From Eledone cirrhosa (lineage: Eukaryota), in NCBI GenBank assembly GCA_964016885.1, contig OZ024743.1, forward strand, positions 43,648,001 through 43,712,000: a DNA stretch of 64,000 bases. The letters are read 5' to 3'. Shown piece by piece: positions 63,001-64,000 of the stretch. Every line of letters begins with the position of its first letter. Within the stretch, counting starts at the first letter, position 1. The notes under the pieces are model-generated. The model did not search any database. It saw nothing but the letters and a program-made list of their open reading frames with translations, and had not been told where the DNA came from. The translations under genes and the position numbers were made by a program.

Positions 63001-63879
63001 GTCTATGTAGCAGCCATAAAACTAACCTTTCGGTACATTTATATGAATATTTAATATTTACCTATTGTGTATATATTATGTGTATTCCCATTTAAATTTC
63101 ATGTTTGTGTCTCTATATCACAGTAATGTATTTAATTTTATGTATTACAGAACGATATTTTGCATTTAACATTTGTATGTATAACTTGTCAATTCCAAAT
63201 TCCATGCAATACGTTGGGGTGATATATAAGTTTTGGTGAGAGGCTCAGTCATATCCCTGGATTGCTATTTTCTAAATCCGGTCCAAGCAGCTACCATTTA
63301 TCACATGATGAATCTTAAATTGAAAGAAAACATGTCACAAAACTCAAAATATATCTTTTTCACTCTTGAAATAATATAAAATACATGTCTTTCATAAATA
63401 ATATATTAATATAATTATCTCCAGTCTAGGAATCTCTTCAAAATCATAAATTATAAATTTAGTGCTGTCAGAATATACTTTAAAGTAAATAATAAAAAAG
63501 AGTCGAATTGGGAAAACTTTAAATATTAATCAAAATGTTTCTAAGTACGTGATATTAATATAACATTATGCTGATTATTCGAAGCGTAAGAAGATTTGCC
63601 TGTAAGATTAATCTAGATTGGCAGAATTCATTGTAAATGATACGTTAGTTTCTTAAATAAAAATTATTAACTTGAAATCAAGTAATGCTGATTAATTGGC
63701 ACTATTTCTACATTAGTATATCTATTTACCTCATTTCGCATTCTATAGGGTAGAATATATTCCATGGACAATAATTTAGGTCCTGAATGCAGTCTGATGG
63801 GCAGTGAGGATATTGGTAGAAATACATCACGCCAGATGCTAATTGATAAAGCATTAGTGCGAAATTGCCCAGGGAGACT

Positions 63880-64000
63880 AATTGGACTAGCCATCTGACG
63901 GATTGATTATCAAAGGAAATATGTGGTCCAGTATTCTTGGATTGGAAGGAAGCCATTCTAAAGTCAAAATTGAATGCAAGGAACATAATTTCAGCATTAA
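63880..64000 (+). pseudogene. Possible R4/Dong-type LINE RT remnant
   Basis: Plus-strand ILKSKLNARNIISAL at the window end resembles a post-RT motif of R4/Dong elements. Single motif only. Confidence 0.35.

Overview
AT-rich eukaryotic intergenic or intronic DNA with no supportable host gene. The SINE and microsatellite content looks cephalopod (octopus)-like, which is an inference. Roughly a third of the window is (TA)n microsatellite, and almost everything between the arrays is retroelement-derived. The main autonomous-type elements are the 5' part of an L1/Tx1-clade LINE (1-3800, minus), a decayed CR1-group LINE (52480-55915) and several tRNA-derived SINEs. The dominant component is Penelope-like elements (PLEs): four RT and/or GIY-YIG coding copies with a CxCx5Cx5C linker, one Neptune-type EN fragment, decayed RT remnants, and about 15 non-coding fold-back derivatives sitting in (TA)n. 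Reading these by hand reveals about 25 type I hammerhead ribozyme motifs from 10 unrelated sequence families, including core variants (U3-A8 covariation, CAGAAGA, CCGAAGA). It also reveals a 537-nt ORF-less tandem unit bounded by two hammerheads (retrozyme-like), and a consistent 'one tailed end, one untailed end' architecture. Nearly all Y/I-rich ORFs in the ORF track are microsatellite artefacts. All folds and alignments were done by eye.
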